DNA of 54,073 nt from a virus (IMGVR_UViG_3300036900_000217:1-54073), one strand, 5' to 3'; positions 27,601 through 36,568 are shown, counted from the first letter of the stretch. The notes: generated from the letters alone by a model not told the origin. A program made the numbers and translations.

Positions 27601-28072
27601 TACCGACCCGACGCAGCAGGGCGGGCTCACGAATCAGCAGCGCGCGCAGAACGCCGCGATCGACCAGTTCTTCAAAGATGAGGCGCAGTGGGGTCCCCAG
27701 ATGGCGACGGCCGCGGCGGCGCTCGCCTCGCCGGCCTCCGGTGCGTTCACGTCAGCGACCACGGCGATCACCAGCGGGGCGCGCGCGTTGACCGATCAAG
27801 TGGGCAACCGCATGGCCGACTATCTCGCGACGCTCGTCATTCGGACGACGGAAATTCGTGACGACAATCGCAACTCGCGCAACAACGCCTACGGTGGCAG
27901 CGGCGTGACGGTCATCGTCCAAGTGCCACCGGGGGCGAGCCAGAACGACGTCGCCGCGGGCAAGCGTATCGCGAAGACGGTCGACGAGGCGCTCGGCTCA
28001 CTCAAGATTAACACCGATCGCTCGCGAGGCGTGAACACGATCGGCGGCACCGGCTCGCTCATCGGAGGCTGA
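24659..28072 (+). CDS. Tail tape measure protein
   Basis: 1137 aa, Ala-rich and helical, starts MADLATLQVNI and follows the G/GT chaperones. Confidence 0.9.
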   Translation: MADLATLQVNIEGAGVDEMTARLNRLADAGARAEGSAGTVSGAVNNTASAARAGAAAVGGFGDANLRAAEAASHHQITLGRVERSLESFIVQTTGANEQVGLLAAAFGHLEIGAVGMIAVLGGTFAVLKVYELLTEDTRKAREEQDKLTESLGKWYDAQQRGAGGGFLQQIGAEEKALGSLRTTLDNTLRGTSAGGIFEVFKADVAAIVAGSFDPNQAGIEFTTRWAQYVQAQKDAITKGEAEVQAAAKAAFAALIDEGLKKNSEQSGGLASLISGGQASGAVYADASAAIARYQHALDGLRQAYSGLSDANKELNLRQQAGLLADLTQLTDALHAAEMHRLDALTETTAEAEKQRALQDLLTVDVVKYSAAVRDGQVVTKDGQIVYESTIATTVRLTDLLAAEEAQLRKTAEATSILTAEQKKALAGDPFHITGGPIGDLTTLGNEVKKDTAALNDFTRQGLTDYAAQMTKAAEITRQATDEVHHLSETVGRELVRAVVDFAASGNISFSTFLKDGSNLALRIVGQFDQGVSELQGKLKEAMKIGGVAGESAVATIKGQLDQLESQAAKIKDLAAGIGGLSLGYSLGQQGQAGLGAVGGAAQGFLTAGPGGAAIGAVAGVVGGLLGAAQAHREAAAALHAAGDRIQASLQNFAGFSGPTAALAQNAATYQQLRSAIIDDIREAAHQGDRGAFQTGVTQLGQLDAENAANAQRIVQNFFAGLTQQLNALNGPAGNYQNALDALNKEYADNVATIEATFGGQDKLNQATELYQKKLDALNAAYAEAAKQLQFSLDAREAYAKGLTAEGDAIARRAQEDKELFDAQQAGYTDAQIAQLKYIQGLEDEAALKKQLADANNALAQNLAGGPGGTAASALAASLAPLLQKQAADQEAYNQAVIDGVDPMTQLALQVTLAADAAAIAATAFQATVAALQQSTSDIENAVSGGFISGASGLAGERSNLGTLFGIDPSTITDALLKSLYTDPTQQGGLTNQQRAQNAAIDQFFKDEAQWGPQMATAAAALASPASGAFTSATTAITSGARALTDQVGNRMADYLATLVIRTTEIRDDNRNSRNNAYGGSGVTVIVQVPPGASQNDVAAGKRIAKTVDEALGSLKINTDRSRGVNTIGGTGSLIGG

Positions 28073-28075
28073 CCG

Positions 28076-28840
28076 ATGCCCGTCTATTCGTTCGCCCTCA
28101 AGATCGGCGGCGTCGACGTCACGACGTACGGCGTCATCGTCTCGGACCTGCCGAACAATTGGGACGCGCCCGCGATCTCGTATCCCGAGGTGCAGATCCC
28201 CGGTCGCCGCGGCACGGTGCGCACGAGCGCGAAACGCCAATACGCGCCCACGGACTACGTCGTCAAAGGGAACCTCATCGGCACGTCGCCGAGCGATTTT
28301 GAGTCCAAGCGCGATGCCCTGCACCTCGCGACGCTCGGCGATGCCGTCCTGATTGGCGGGAATCAGACGGCGCGCCAGCGCACCGGCAGCGTCACGTCGA
28401 TTCAGTATCCGCAACTCTACCCGAGCGCGGCGCAGGCACCGATCCTGATTACGGTGCACTGCGAGGACCCGATCGCGTACGCGACGTCGGCGACGACGGT
28501 CACCGGCTCGTCCGGCTCGGACCTGGCGTGCGCAGTCGGCAGCGAGGACAGCTTTCCCGTCGTCACCGCGACGAGCCCGACGTCGCCCCTCGTGATCACG
28601 TACAAGAACCACGCGGGCACCACGATCGCGACGGCGACGATCACGTTCCCTGGCTCGCCCGCGACGATCGTCGTCGACATGCTCCTGCAGCGCGTGACGG
28701 CGGCTGGCGTGCGGCATGACGAGTATCTCACGGCCGGAGACTTCTTCGCGCTCTCGCCCGTGGACGCCGTGGGCGGCTCGCCGACGGTGCGCATCTCGTC
28801 CGGCTCGGCGTCGATCGTGTACACGCAGGCATTTCGATAG
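28076..28840 (+). CDS. Distal tail (Dit-like) protein
   Basis: IPGRRG...CEDPIAY...GDFFAL motifs after the tape measure gene. Confidence 0.75.
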   Translation: MPVYSFALKIGGVDVTTYGVIVSDLPNNWDAPAISYPEVQIPGRRGTVRTSAKRQYAPTDYVVKGNLIGTSPSDFESKRDALHLATLGDAVLIGGNQTARQRTGSVTSIQYPQLYPSAAQAPILITVHCEDPIAYATSATTVTGSSGSDLACAVGSEDSFPVVTATSPTSPLVITYKNHAGTTIATATITFPGSPATIVVDMLLQRVTAAGVRHDEYLTAGDFFALSPVDAVGGSPTVRISSGSASIVYTQAFR

Positions 28841-28845
28841 TCGAA

Positions 28846-31800
28846 ATGCCGCTCGCCCGCCTGGAGCTTTGGAACACCATCGCCGCGAACGGCGGCTCGC
28901 GCCTCTCGACGGGCGGCTTCCTTCCCTATCGCACCGCGTGGTCGACGACGCGGTCGCTGATCAACCCGGAGTCGATGACGTTCTCGATTCCGGGGAACTC
29001 GGAAGCCGCCTCGCTCGTCCGGAAGGGGCTCGTCGCGCGACGGTGGAAATCCGACAGCGACGTCGACTGGTGGCCGATCGACCAGGTTGTGACGAATCGC
29101 GCGTCGGGCACCGACGTCGATGTGACGTGCAGCCCGCTCAGCTTCCTACTCGGCCAGCACGGGATCATTGCCGACCCGCTGGCCTCGCCACTCAACGGCA
29201 TTCCGTCGACGTCGTTCGGGTTCGTCGGCCTGACGTTCACGGAAATGCTGACCACGTACGTCACGACGAACGCGAGCGTGACGAGCGTGTTGCCGTGGGT
29301 CACGCTCGGCACGATTGAGCCGACGGCGACATTCGACCTCGACGTGCAGGACGTCAACACGCTGTCGCTCATCACCGCCGGGCTCGGCGCCCTCGCGGCA
29401 CTCGGTGTCTTGGCAGAATTCCAGCTCGATCCGAGCGGCGCGATCAACATCTTCACCACGATCGGGTCGACGGCGCCCAAGTTCTTCGTGCGCGTCGGGA
29501 AGAACCTCCAAAGTCTCAAGCGCACGGTCGACGGCTCGCAGCAGTATTCGCGGCTCTCGCCGAAGCTCGCGACGCTGAGCGACGGCACCACCACGGCGAT
29601 CGGGAATGCGCGCTGGGCCGTGACGAACGTCGCGTCGAATGTGATCACGCTCGCCGATCCGGCGGAAGGCGCGGGGCCCATGGGCTTCGACGATCAGCTC
29701 AACGGCCTGTACGTCTACGTCGAGGCGACCGGCTCGTTCGTGGCCATCACCGACTCGAGCGCCGCGAATCAGACGGTCACGCTCACGAGCGGCACCGGCA
29801 TCTCGAACGGAATGCTGCTCCAGTTCCGCACGACGAACGGCTCGCCGGCGGGCGTGCCGACGTTCCTCGACTGGCCGCTCTTCACGTCCACCACGCCGCC
29901 GGGCATTGGCATCGTCGCGGGTCAGATCGACAAGTCCACCCTCCAGGCCGTGCCGAACCTCGCCGTCAACGGCACGATGCGCTCGTGGGCGACGCCGACG
30001 GCGTTGCCCGATGGCTACACGTTTCGCCAATTCAGCAGTCTCGGGGCGACCGGGGCAACCTCAACGCCCACGCCGATCGCGGGCGGCGGCTACATCGACA
30101 TCAGTCAGAACACCGATCCGCTGTTCACGAACGTCGCGAAACAGAATCTCCATTTTCGCGCGATCAATGGGACGCTCGTCTCGCCGCCGGCGAAGGTCAC
30201 GCCCTGGTTCGATGGGATGCCGGTCTCGGTGCGCCTTCGGCTGATCCTGACCAACGGCTGGGACCCGACGCTCAACTCCGGCGCCCTGATGCGGATGAAT
30301 CTGGGCATCATGAAGGCGGATGGCTCGATCGTCCAATGGTTCGACGACAAGCGAGTGGCATATGCACAGCCCGGCAACGGCCGGCCGTCGCTCGGCGGCA
30401 CGCTCGGACCGGAGGGCCAGTTCGTCGACATCATTCTCGAAGATCAAGACATCACGACGCCGTCGCTCCTCGCGCCAAGCATCTTCGCGGCCGTCCAGGC
30501 CAGCGACATTAGCGATCTCTCAGGCTCCGCGCAGGGCCTCGTCGTTATGCTCAATTTCGCGTGGTCGGCGATCACGGGGTTCGCGCTGACGCCGATCGAG
30601 GGATACATCGACTCGATCATGATCACGCCGGGCGGCGTCCCGCCCGACACGCAGAGCGAATTCGGCGAAGCCAATCAGGCATGGCAGGCCACGAATGCGG
30701 GCCTCGCCCTCGTGAACCCGGCGCAAGCGAGCTACGAAGTCGCCCTGCTGGACTTGGCGCGGCTGAATCTCGACGTCGACCCTTCCGCCTCGCCAACGCT
30801 CGGCGGCAGTGGCGTGATCTTCGACGCGGAAGTCGGGGCCAACGACAACGAGCGGCTCGTTGAGATCGTCGAGAACCAGTGCGTCGAGGGCGATACGAAG
30901 CTCACGTTCTCGAACAAGAACAAGCGCCTCACGGATCTCCTGTTCCAGCCCGGCGCGCCGAAGAGCGGCAGTCCGCTCGCGGGGACGACGACGGCGGTAG
31001 CCTCGACGGGTGGGACCAGCCCGCCCAGCTCTGGCGGAACGCTCGCCGCGCCGGTGGTGACGCTGACGCTCGACGGCTCGAACGTGCCGACTGCCGTGTG
31101 GACGGTGCCGCTCGGCGTGAACAAGACGTGGTACGCGTGGTCGACATCGGCGCAGCCTACCGCGGCCGATGCACTGGCAGGGACGGAGATCGACGCGCCG
31201 GCCGACTTCACGGCGACGACGTCCGCGATCACTTCCGGGCAGACGATTTACATCACGGTCGTCGGGAAGGACACGTTCGGCCAGACGACGCCGGCTGGCT
31301 TCGCGCATCTCAATCTGGCCGCGCCGCCGGGCGTGCCGGGTCGGACGGATATGGCACCGCTCTTCGTGGAAGACGGCGGCGGCGGTCCGCGGCACACTGA
31401 CACGCTGTACATCTACGAAAACGAAGGGATGGTGCACAGCATGACGGGCGGCCGGAACAACGGGCCGCATTGGCTGACCCGCAATTTTACCAGCCAAGCG
31501 ACCTATATGAGTTCTGGCAGTGGAACGAAGGAAGGCCGCGTTCTCTGCTGGATCGACCTCACGGGGAAGACGATTGTCGCCGACGGGCAGTTGCTGTACC
31601 AGGCGATGAACAACGGCGCATCTGGCTCGTGCCATCTCGCGTTCGGTCTCGACAGCTCGCGCCACGTCCTCGTATATCGGACCGACAACGGCTCCGATGC
31701 CCTGCTGCAGACGTCCACAGTGACCGTCCCGGCGTCGGGACGGTACCTCCTCGAGTTCGGCTTCCTGATTCACGCCTCGGCTGGGTATGTGACGTGCCGC

Positions 31801-33870
31801 GGCTACGACATCAGCGCCGGCAGCCCGACGACAAAGACCGACTTCTTCGACGTCACCGGCATCGACACGCTGAGCAGCTTCGCGAGCGTCGCCGAGGACA
31901 TCGAAATCTGTTCGTGGGGCTCCGATGCCTTTACGACGACGGCGTTCCAGGTCGGCGGCATCGACGACATTCCGATGGGCGGCTTCGCCTTCTTCGACGC
32001 GACGGGCCTCGGCCACACGGCGTTCGTTGGCGACGTCATGGCGCTCAGCGCGTTCGTGGCGAGTGCGGGGCATTACGCCGACGCGCCGATCCCGTGGCAG
32101 TTGTTGAATTGCAAAGAGGCGCCGGGCTATCTCTCCGCTGGCGAATTCGAGTCGTCGACGCAGCGCAACAGCTACGGCATCGCGACCTTCAACGCCGCGA
32201 ACGTCGGCTCCGTTCTCGCCGTCTCGCCGTTCGGCACATACGCCAATAGCGCCGGAACGGGGGCGCTGATTCGTCCGGGCGTTCGATCCGGATCGACCGA
32301 CGCAGACAACGGCACCGACTTGCGCGTCGTGTTCAGCGACTGGGGCGGCTCGCTCGGTAAGCCGTCGGACGGCCTCGATAAAGCCGTCTATTTCACTGTG
32401 GACCCGGCGACGAGCGCCGCGTGGGCGGTGAGCGCCGCACAAGCGGCGGAGCCCATTTTCCAATCGAAGGGCAGTGATCGCCTCGTGATGACGCAAGCCG
32501 GGCTCACCATCGTCTACCGCCCCGCGAACGGCACCGATGGCCAGGTGAACGGCAGCGTCGGCTCGCGCGACCAGCCCGTCACGCCGCTCGAATGGATGGA
32601 CCTCGGCGCCACCAACACGACCGGCCAGGGCGTTCACGCGAATTACAAGAACGACTCGGCCGGAACGAACCGGATTCAGGGCGACCCGTTCACGAATGCG
32701 ACCGCCGGCGCGGACGGCGGCCGTGCGATGACCTACAACCACTCCTATGCCGGGAGCGGCGTCTGGCCGGGCGGCAATTTCGGCGTCATTCTCGGCCCGG
32801 TCGGCGGGTATTGGCTCACAGACTTCCCGCCCTCGTTCGCGAACGGGTCATTCAGCGCGCCCGCATTCATCGAACGATCCCAGCAGAAGACCGCGGGCAT
32901 CTGGGTCAATTTCCACAGCAACACGCTGTCCGCCGACCTCAAGCTCTTCTCGTTCTACGACACCAGCGGCGTCGAGGCCGTGGCCGTGTTCCTCACGACC
33001 GCGCGCAAGGTTCGCGTCGACAACATCCACGGCGCCGGCAATCCGTTCAACCTGGTCGCGGCGACGGCGACGGCGCTCAGCTCCAACGGGCTGAATCAGG
33101 TCGAAGTCGAGCTCGGGCTCGACACCGTCTTTGGCTATGTGAACGTCTGGCGCATCGACGGGAGCACCGGCACGCGCACGCTGATCGGCAGCGCGAGCGG
33201 CATCGACACGCGACACACGAGTGGGAAGAACATCGGCGGCGTCGCGTTTGGCTTCGCGCTCGGGACGGCGAACGGGGACGGCCTCACGGTCAGCGATGCC
33301 TTCGTGGCCTCGTGCGGCACGACCGGCGGCGGAACAGGGCTCGGCGGCTGTCGCGCGGCCACCTTGCTCGCCAACGCGGTCGGCGCCCATAACAGCTCGG
33401 GCGGACCGTACACGAAAGTCACCGATGATCTCGGCTCTGGGGCCATCCCGGACGGCGACTACAACGTGCTCACCGCGGCCGCGCAGGAGGACACATACAA
33501 GGTGCAGGGCGCGCCGGGCGATTGCGTGACCGTCCTCGGGGCGATGCCAATCGTCTATGTCTCTCGCGCGCCGAGCGGCTCAGGGACGAACCAAGGCCGA
33601 ATGGCCATGATCATCGGCGGCGCGGAGTTGCGCGGCCGCGAATTCAACATCACGCACGACTGGCCGGACGGCGATGGCGGAAAGCTCAACCTGAGCAGCA
33701 GCCTGGGTCGTCCGCTCGTCGCGACGCTCAACCCGTCGACCGGTTCGGCGCTCGCCCCGGCGGACTTCGGCGGCGGCAACGCCGAGGTGGGCTATCTCCT
33801 CTCGGCCCACAACAACGACCACTGGATCCGCCAGGTCGTCATTTCCCTCCTCTACGCGTGGACGCATTGA
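28846..33870 (+). CDS. Tail tip/baseplate hub (Tal-like) fused to receptor-binding domains
   Basis: 1674 aa. N-terminal hub-like region (VGKNLQSLKRTVD), followed by beta-rich domains including two similar LamG/lectin-like modules. Confidence 0.75.
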   Translation: MPLARLELWNTIAANGGSRLSTGGFLPYRTAWSTTRSLINPESMTFSIPGNSEAASLVRKGLVARRWKSDSDVDWWPIDQVVTNRASGTDVDVTCSPLSFLLGQHGIIADPLASPLNGIPSTSFGFVGLTFTEMLTTYVTTNASVTSVLPWVTLGTIEPTATFDLDVQDVNTLSLITAGLGALAALGVLAEFQLDPSGAINIFTTIGSTAPKFFVRVGKNLQSLKRTVDGSQQYSRLSPKLATLSDGTTTAIGNARWAVTNVASNVITLADPAEGAGPMGFDDQLNGLYVYVEATGSFVAITDSSAANQTVTLTSGTGISNGMLLQFRTTNGSPAGVPTFLDWPLFTSTTPPGIGIVAGQIDKSTLQAVPNLAVNGTMRSWATPTALPDGYTFRQFSSLGATGATSTPTPIAGGGYIDISQNTDPLFTNVAKQNLHFRAINGTLVSPPAKVTPWFDGMPVSVRLRLILTNGWDPTLNSGALMRMNLGIMKADGSIVQWFDDKRVAYAQPGNGRPSLGGTLGPEGQFVDIILEDQDITTPSLLAPSIFAAVQASDISDLSGSAQGLVVMLNFAWSAITGFALTPIEGYIDSIMITPGGVPPDTQSEFGEANQAWQATNAGLALVNPAQASYEVALLDLARLNLDVDPSASPTLGGSGVIFDAEVGANDNERLVEIVENQCVEGDTKLTFSNKNKRLTDLLFQPGAPKSGSPLAGTTTAVASTGGTSPPSSGGTLAAPVVTLTLDGSNVPTAVWTVPLGVNKTWYAWSTSAQPTAADALAGTEIDAPADFTATTSAITSGQTIYITVVGKDTFGQTTPAGFAHLNLAAPPGVPGRTDMAPLFVEDGGGGPRHTDTLYIYENEGMVHSMTGGRNNGPHWLTRNFTSQATYMSSGSGTKEGRVLCWIDLTGKTIVADGQLLYQAMNNGASGSCHLAFGLDSSRHVLVYRTDNGSDALLQTSTVTVPASGRYLLEFGFLIHASAGYVTCRGYDISAGSPTTKTDFFDVTGIDTLSSFASVAEDIEICSWGSDAFTTTAFQVGGIDDIPMGGFAFFDATGLGHTAFVGDVMALSAFVASAGHYADAPIPWQLLNCKEAPGYLSAGEFESSTQRNSYGIATFNAANVGSVLAVSPFGTYANSAGTGALIRPGVRSGSTDADNGTDLRVVFSDWGGSLGKPSDGLDKAVYFTVDPATSAAWAVSAAQAAEPIFQSKGSDRLVMTQAGLTIVYRPANGTDGQVNGSVGSRDQPVTPLEWMDLGATNTTGQGVHANYKNDSAGTNRIQGDPFTNATAGADGGRAMTYNHSYAGSGVWPGGNFGVILGPVGGYWLTDFPPSFANGSFSAPAFIERSQQKTAGIWVNFHSNTLSADLKLFSFYDTSGVEAVAVFLTTARKVRVDNIHGAGNPFNLVAATATALSSNGLNQVEVELGLDTVFGYVNVWRIDGSTGTRTLIGSASGIDTRHTSGKNIGGVAFGFALGTANGDGLTVSDAFVASCGTTGGGTGLGGCRAATLLANAVGAHNSSGGPYTKVTDDLGSGAIPDGDYNVLTAAAQEDTYKVQGAPGDCVTVLGAMPIVYVSRAPSGSGTNQGRMAMIIGGAELRGREFNITHDWPDGDGGKLNLSSSLGRPLVATLNPSTGSALAPADFGGGNAEVGYLLSAHNNDHWIRQVVISLLYAWTH

Positions 33871-34055
33871 TGACGTTTTTCGTGTTTCGGCAAACGCGCC
33901 TTCCCGACGGTTCCCTCGGCGAGACGCGCATCGCGACGGGTCGTCGATTCGACACGAACGGCGAAACGAACGACGTCCGGACCGACGCGGCCGCGTGGGT
34001 CGCCGATCGTCCCAATCCGGACGCCGTGTTCAAGATCGTCGAGGTGCCCACGTGA
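33870..34055 (+). CDS. Small hypothetical protein
   Basis: TGATG overlap with the tail tip gene. Confidence 0.5.
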   Translation: MTFFVFRQTRLPDGSLGETRIATGRRFDTNGETNDVRTDAAAWVADRPNPDAVFKIVEVPT

Positions 34056-34267
34056 TTGCCACAGAACGGCGGTCCGTCTACATCGTGCTCCGACGCTCGA
34101 CGGCGCTCGACCCGCCCTCGGGCTGGCAGCAGGCGACGCGGATCAATTTCGTCGACCGGGCGGCCGCTGAGCGGTGGATCGCGCATGTCAGCCGTCGGGC
34201 GGAGAACGCGGTCCAGTTCAAGGCGGAAGAGGTCGAGGAGGACCCGCCCATCTACCAGGCCGGCTAA
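34052..34267 (+). CDS. Small hypothetical protein
   Basis: GAGG RBS and GTGA overlap. Confidence 0.5.
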   Translation: MIATERRSVYIVLRRSTALDPPSGWQQATRINFVDRAAAERWIAHVSRRAENAVQFKAEEVEEDPPIYQAG

Positions 34268-34270
34268 GGC

Positions 34271-34299
34271 TGGTTAAAGCGGGTGTTTTAGAGTATGCT
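34271..34299 (+). promoter_or_regulatory. Putative promoter for the lysis region
   Basis: TATGCT -10 at 34294-34299 in an AT-rich gap. The -35 (TGGTTA) is weak. Confidence 0.45.
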
Positions 34300-34348
34300 G
34301 TAGCTATGTAGAACGGGTCACACATCGCGCACGACCAAGTGCGTCTCC

Positions 34349-34404
34349 GGCGGCACGTGAGGGCTCCCAGCACATCGGGGCATCGCGGGCCGCCTTTTTC
34401 GTTT
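34349..34404 (+). terminator. Imperfect long hairpin plus U-tract ahead of the lysis region
   Basis: GGCGGCACGTGA...TCGCGGGCCGCC followed by TTTTTCGTTT. Confidence 0.55.
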
Positions 34405-34420
34405 GCGGGGGTCCTCGTGA

Positions 34421-34840
34421 ATGGCTGCGAACGGCGGATGGACGATCGAGACGCTCCGCGAGCACTTCGATGTCGTGCTCGGGGCGAACGATCGACGCTA
34501 CGAGCAGCGGTTCAAGGACTCGCAGACGGCCGTCGACGCCGCGCTGAACGCAGCGAAGGAAGCAGTGCTCAAGGCCGAGATGGCCAGCGAGAAGCGCTTC
34601 GAGGGCGTCAACGAATTTCGTCAGACGCTCGCCGATCAACAGCGAACGCTCATGCCTCGTGCCGAAGCCGAACTGCGCATGGGGGCGATCGAAGCGCGGC
34701 TCGAGTCGATCACCAAGGCGACGTCCGCGCGCAACGCCGAGCAGAAGGGCGGTCGCGAAGTCTGGGCGTGGGTATTCAGCGGCGTGATGGCGCTGGTCGC
34801 CGTCGGATCGCTCGTCGCTGCGGTCGTCGCGAAGAAATGA
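34421..34840 (+). CDS. Coiled-coil protein with C-terminal TM (lysis-region protein)
   Basis: AKEAVLKAEMASEKRFEGVNEFRQTLADQ motif and a C-terminal hydrophobic helix. Confidence 0.75.
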   Translation: MAANGGWTIETLREHFDVVLGANDRRYEQRFKDSQTAVDAALNAAKEAVLKAEMASEKRFEGVNEFRQTLADQQRTLMPRAEAELRMGAIEARLESITKATSARNAEQKGGREVWAWVFSGVMALVAVGSLVAAVVAKK

Positions 34841-34868
34841 CGTGCTCACTCTCACCGCGTGGAGCGCT

Positions 34869-35324
34869 ATGCGCCTCGAGGATCAGACGGTCCCCCCGGA
34901 TGGCGCATGGGTCCAGTGGGTCAAGCTCATCGTGCCAGCCGCGTTTCTCGCCGCCATCGCGCTCGGCTGGAACATCGTCCGACCGGCGATCACGCGACTC
35001 CTCTTCTACTTCCTGCGGCACGAGGACGGCCAACTCTACTTCCAGAAGTATTTCGGCGAGACGATGGGAAGCGTGAACGTCGAACTAGCGACCACGGCCA
35101 GCGCGGTGCGGACGCTGCAGAACCGCTTCGAGGATTTCGCGCGCACGCAGACGCGCACGGATCTCCGGATCGGCGAACTGGCTTCACGGTTCGAGACCGT
35201 CGTCGAACGATTCGATGCAAGCATCGATCGCCTCGCCCTGGCGCTCGCGAAGATCGATGGAGCGACGGAAGAGCGGCGATACACAGCAACGAACCACCCG
35301 CGACGACGCGACGGCGACCGATGA
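34869..35324 (+). CDS. Single-TM coiled-coil protein
   Basis: GTGGAG RBS before ATG 34869. TM LIVPAAFLAAIALGW, and C-terminal ERRYTATNHPRRRDGDR. Confidence 0.65.
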   Translation: MRLEDQTVPPDGAWVQWVKLIVPAAFLAAIALGWNIVRPAITRLLFYFLRHEDGQLYFQKYFGETMGSVNVELATTASAVRTLQNRFEDFARTQTRTDLRIGELASRFETVVERFDASIDRLALALAKIDGATEERRYTATNHPRRRDGDR

Positions 35325-35348
35325 ACCGAGGAGAGGCGTGAGGCATGG

Positions 35349-35738
35349 ATGAACTACCACGACGTGCGGGACTGGCTCTGGCTGACAGTGGCCCTCATGT
35401 CGTGGCTCGCCACGTACCTCGCCGTCAGTCTGCGCCGCGCGTTGCGTCCGCACATCGGCCACCTCGCCGCCCTCGAGCGGGTGTCCGAGGACCGTACGAG
35501 GCGGATCGAAGAGGCGGCCGTTGCCGTGCGTTTGTCCAACGAAGAGACGGCCCTCTCTGTGCGCTTGTCGAACGAAGTCAAGATGAAATCCGACGAGTTG
35601 GTGCGCGAAGAGATCAGGATCATGCAAGACGACAACCGGCGAGTCGTGGAGGCAAGTCACTCCGTGCTCGAGGAGTTGATGGGCGTCGCAAGGGAACTCA
35701 GGTTACGGCATCCGACGGCCACCAATCACCAGCACTAA
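35349..35738 (+). CDS. Single-TM coiled-coil protein
   Basis: GAGG RBS, N-terminal TM, internal VRLSNE duplication, ends PTATNHQH. Confidence 0.65.
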   Translation: MNYHDVRDWLWLTVALMSWLATYLAVSLRRALRPHIGHLAALERVSEDRTRRIEEAAVAVRLSNEETALSVRLSNEVKMKSDELVREEIRIMQDDNRRVVEASHSVLEELMGVARELRLRHPTATNHQH

Positions 35739-35751
35739 ACGGAGAATTCCC

Positions 35752-35982
35752 ATGGCCCAGAAGCTGAAACCCCTCTGCGTCTTCGGTCCGGACAGCGCCG
35801 GCGGGACGACGATCGCCGACCTTCGTGCGCTACTCGCGAATCCGGAGTACAGCGGCGACGACGCCGCGATCACGATCCTGCAGAAAGGCAAGGACTTTTT
35901 CGCGCGCGTCTCGAATGCCGAAGGCGCGCACCCCACGGACCTCAACGAAGCGACGCAGTGTCCTGGCAGCCCGCGGTGCTAG
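35752..35982 (+). CDS. Small protein with C-terminal CPGSPRC motif (candidate peptide precursor)
   Basis: GGAGA RBS. 76 aa, soluble, ends LNEATQCPGSPRC-stop. Confidence 0.7.
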   Translation: MAQKLKPLCVFGPDSAGGTTIADLRALLANPEYSGDDAAITILQKGKDFFARVSNAEGAHPTDLNEATQCPGSPRC

Positions 35983-36549
35983 ATGGACGCCGAGACAGTC
36001 GCCATCGTCATGGCGCTGTTGCCAGCGGTCACGCTCGGCGGGCTTCGGCTCGCCGGGCGGCGCCGGGATGCGCGCCTTTGGTGGATCGCCGCCGGCTTCG
36101 CCGTCTCGTGGCTGGCGAACGTGACCGCGCTCGCGTTTCCGCCGAACGACCGCTGGGCACCGACGCTCGTATACCCGGTCACGCAGGTTGCGCTCATCGC
36201 CACGGCGTTCTGGCCGCGCCGCATGGTGCTCTTGCTGGTGCTCGACCTGAGCGCGATCGGACTGGCCGCAATCGTCTGGCGAGGATTGCACGCGCCGGAC
36301 GTGGTGCTCCACTCGGCCGCGTCGCTCGCTGTCGTCGCCATTGTGGTCGACCGTCGGGATGCCTCGTGGCTGGTGCGCGGCTCACTGCTCATCTACTTCG
36401 GCCTCGGCCTCGTCGCGTGGATCCCGCACGCGATGTGGGTTCACGCCCATCCGCTCGCCCACGGCGCAGCGCCGACGTACTGGCCGTACCAGGGCGTGCT
36501 GCTCGCGGGGCTGTTGGCGTTCTCGTGGGTGTGCATCAGCGACGAATGA
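35983..36549 (+). CDS. Multi-pass (about 6-7 TM) membrane protein
   Basis: ATG directly abuts the upstream TAG. Alternating hydrophobic helices, including LLIYFGLGLVAW and YWPYQ. Confidence 0.75.
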   Translation: MDAETVAIVMALLPAVTLGGLRLAGRRRDARLWWIAAGFAVSWLANVTALAFPPNDRWAPTLVYPVTQVALIATAFWPRRMVLLLVLDLSAIGLAAIVWRGLHAPDVVLHSAASLAVVAIVVDRRDASWLVRGSLLIYFGLGLVAWIPHAMWVHAHPLAHGAAPTYWPYQGVLLAGLLAFSWVCISDE

Positions 36550-36568
36550 CTTCAACCGGAGACGTTCG

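Noticed and set aside
30520-32742. 740-aa reverse-strand ORF (and others such as 19142-20560, 13906-15198, 15739-16944, 45578-46714)
   Set aside because: Antisense shadows of high-GC3 genes, with no RBS or recognisable motifs.
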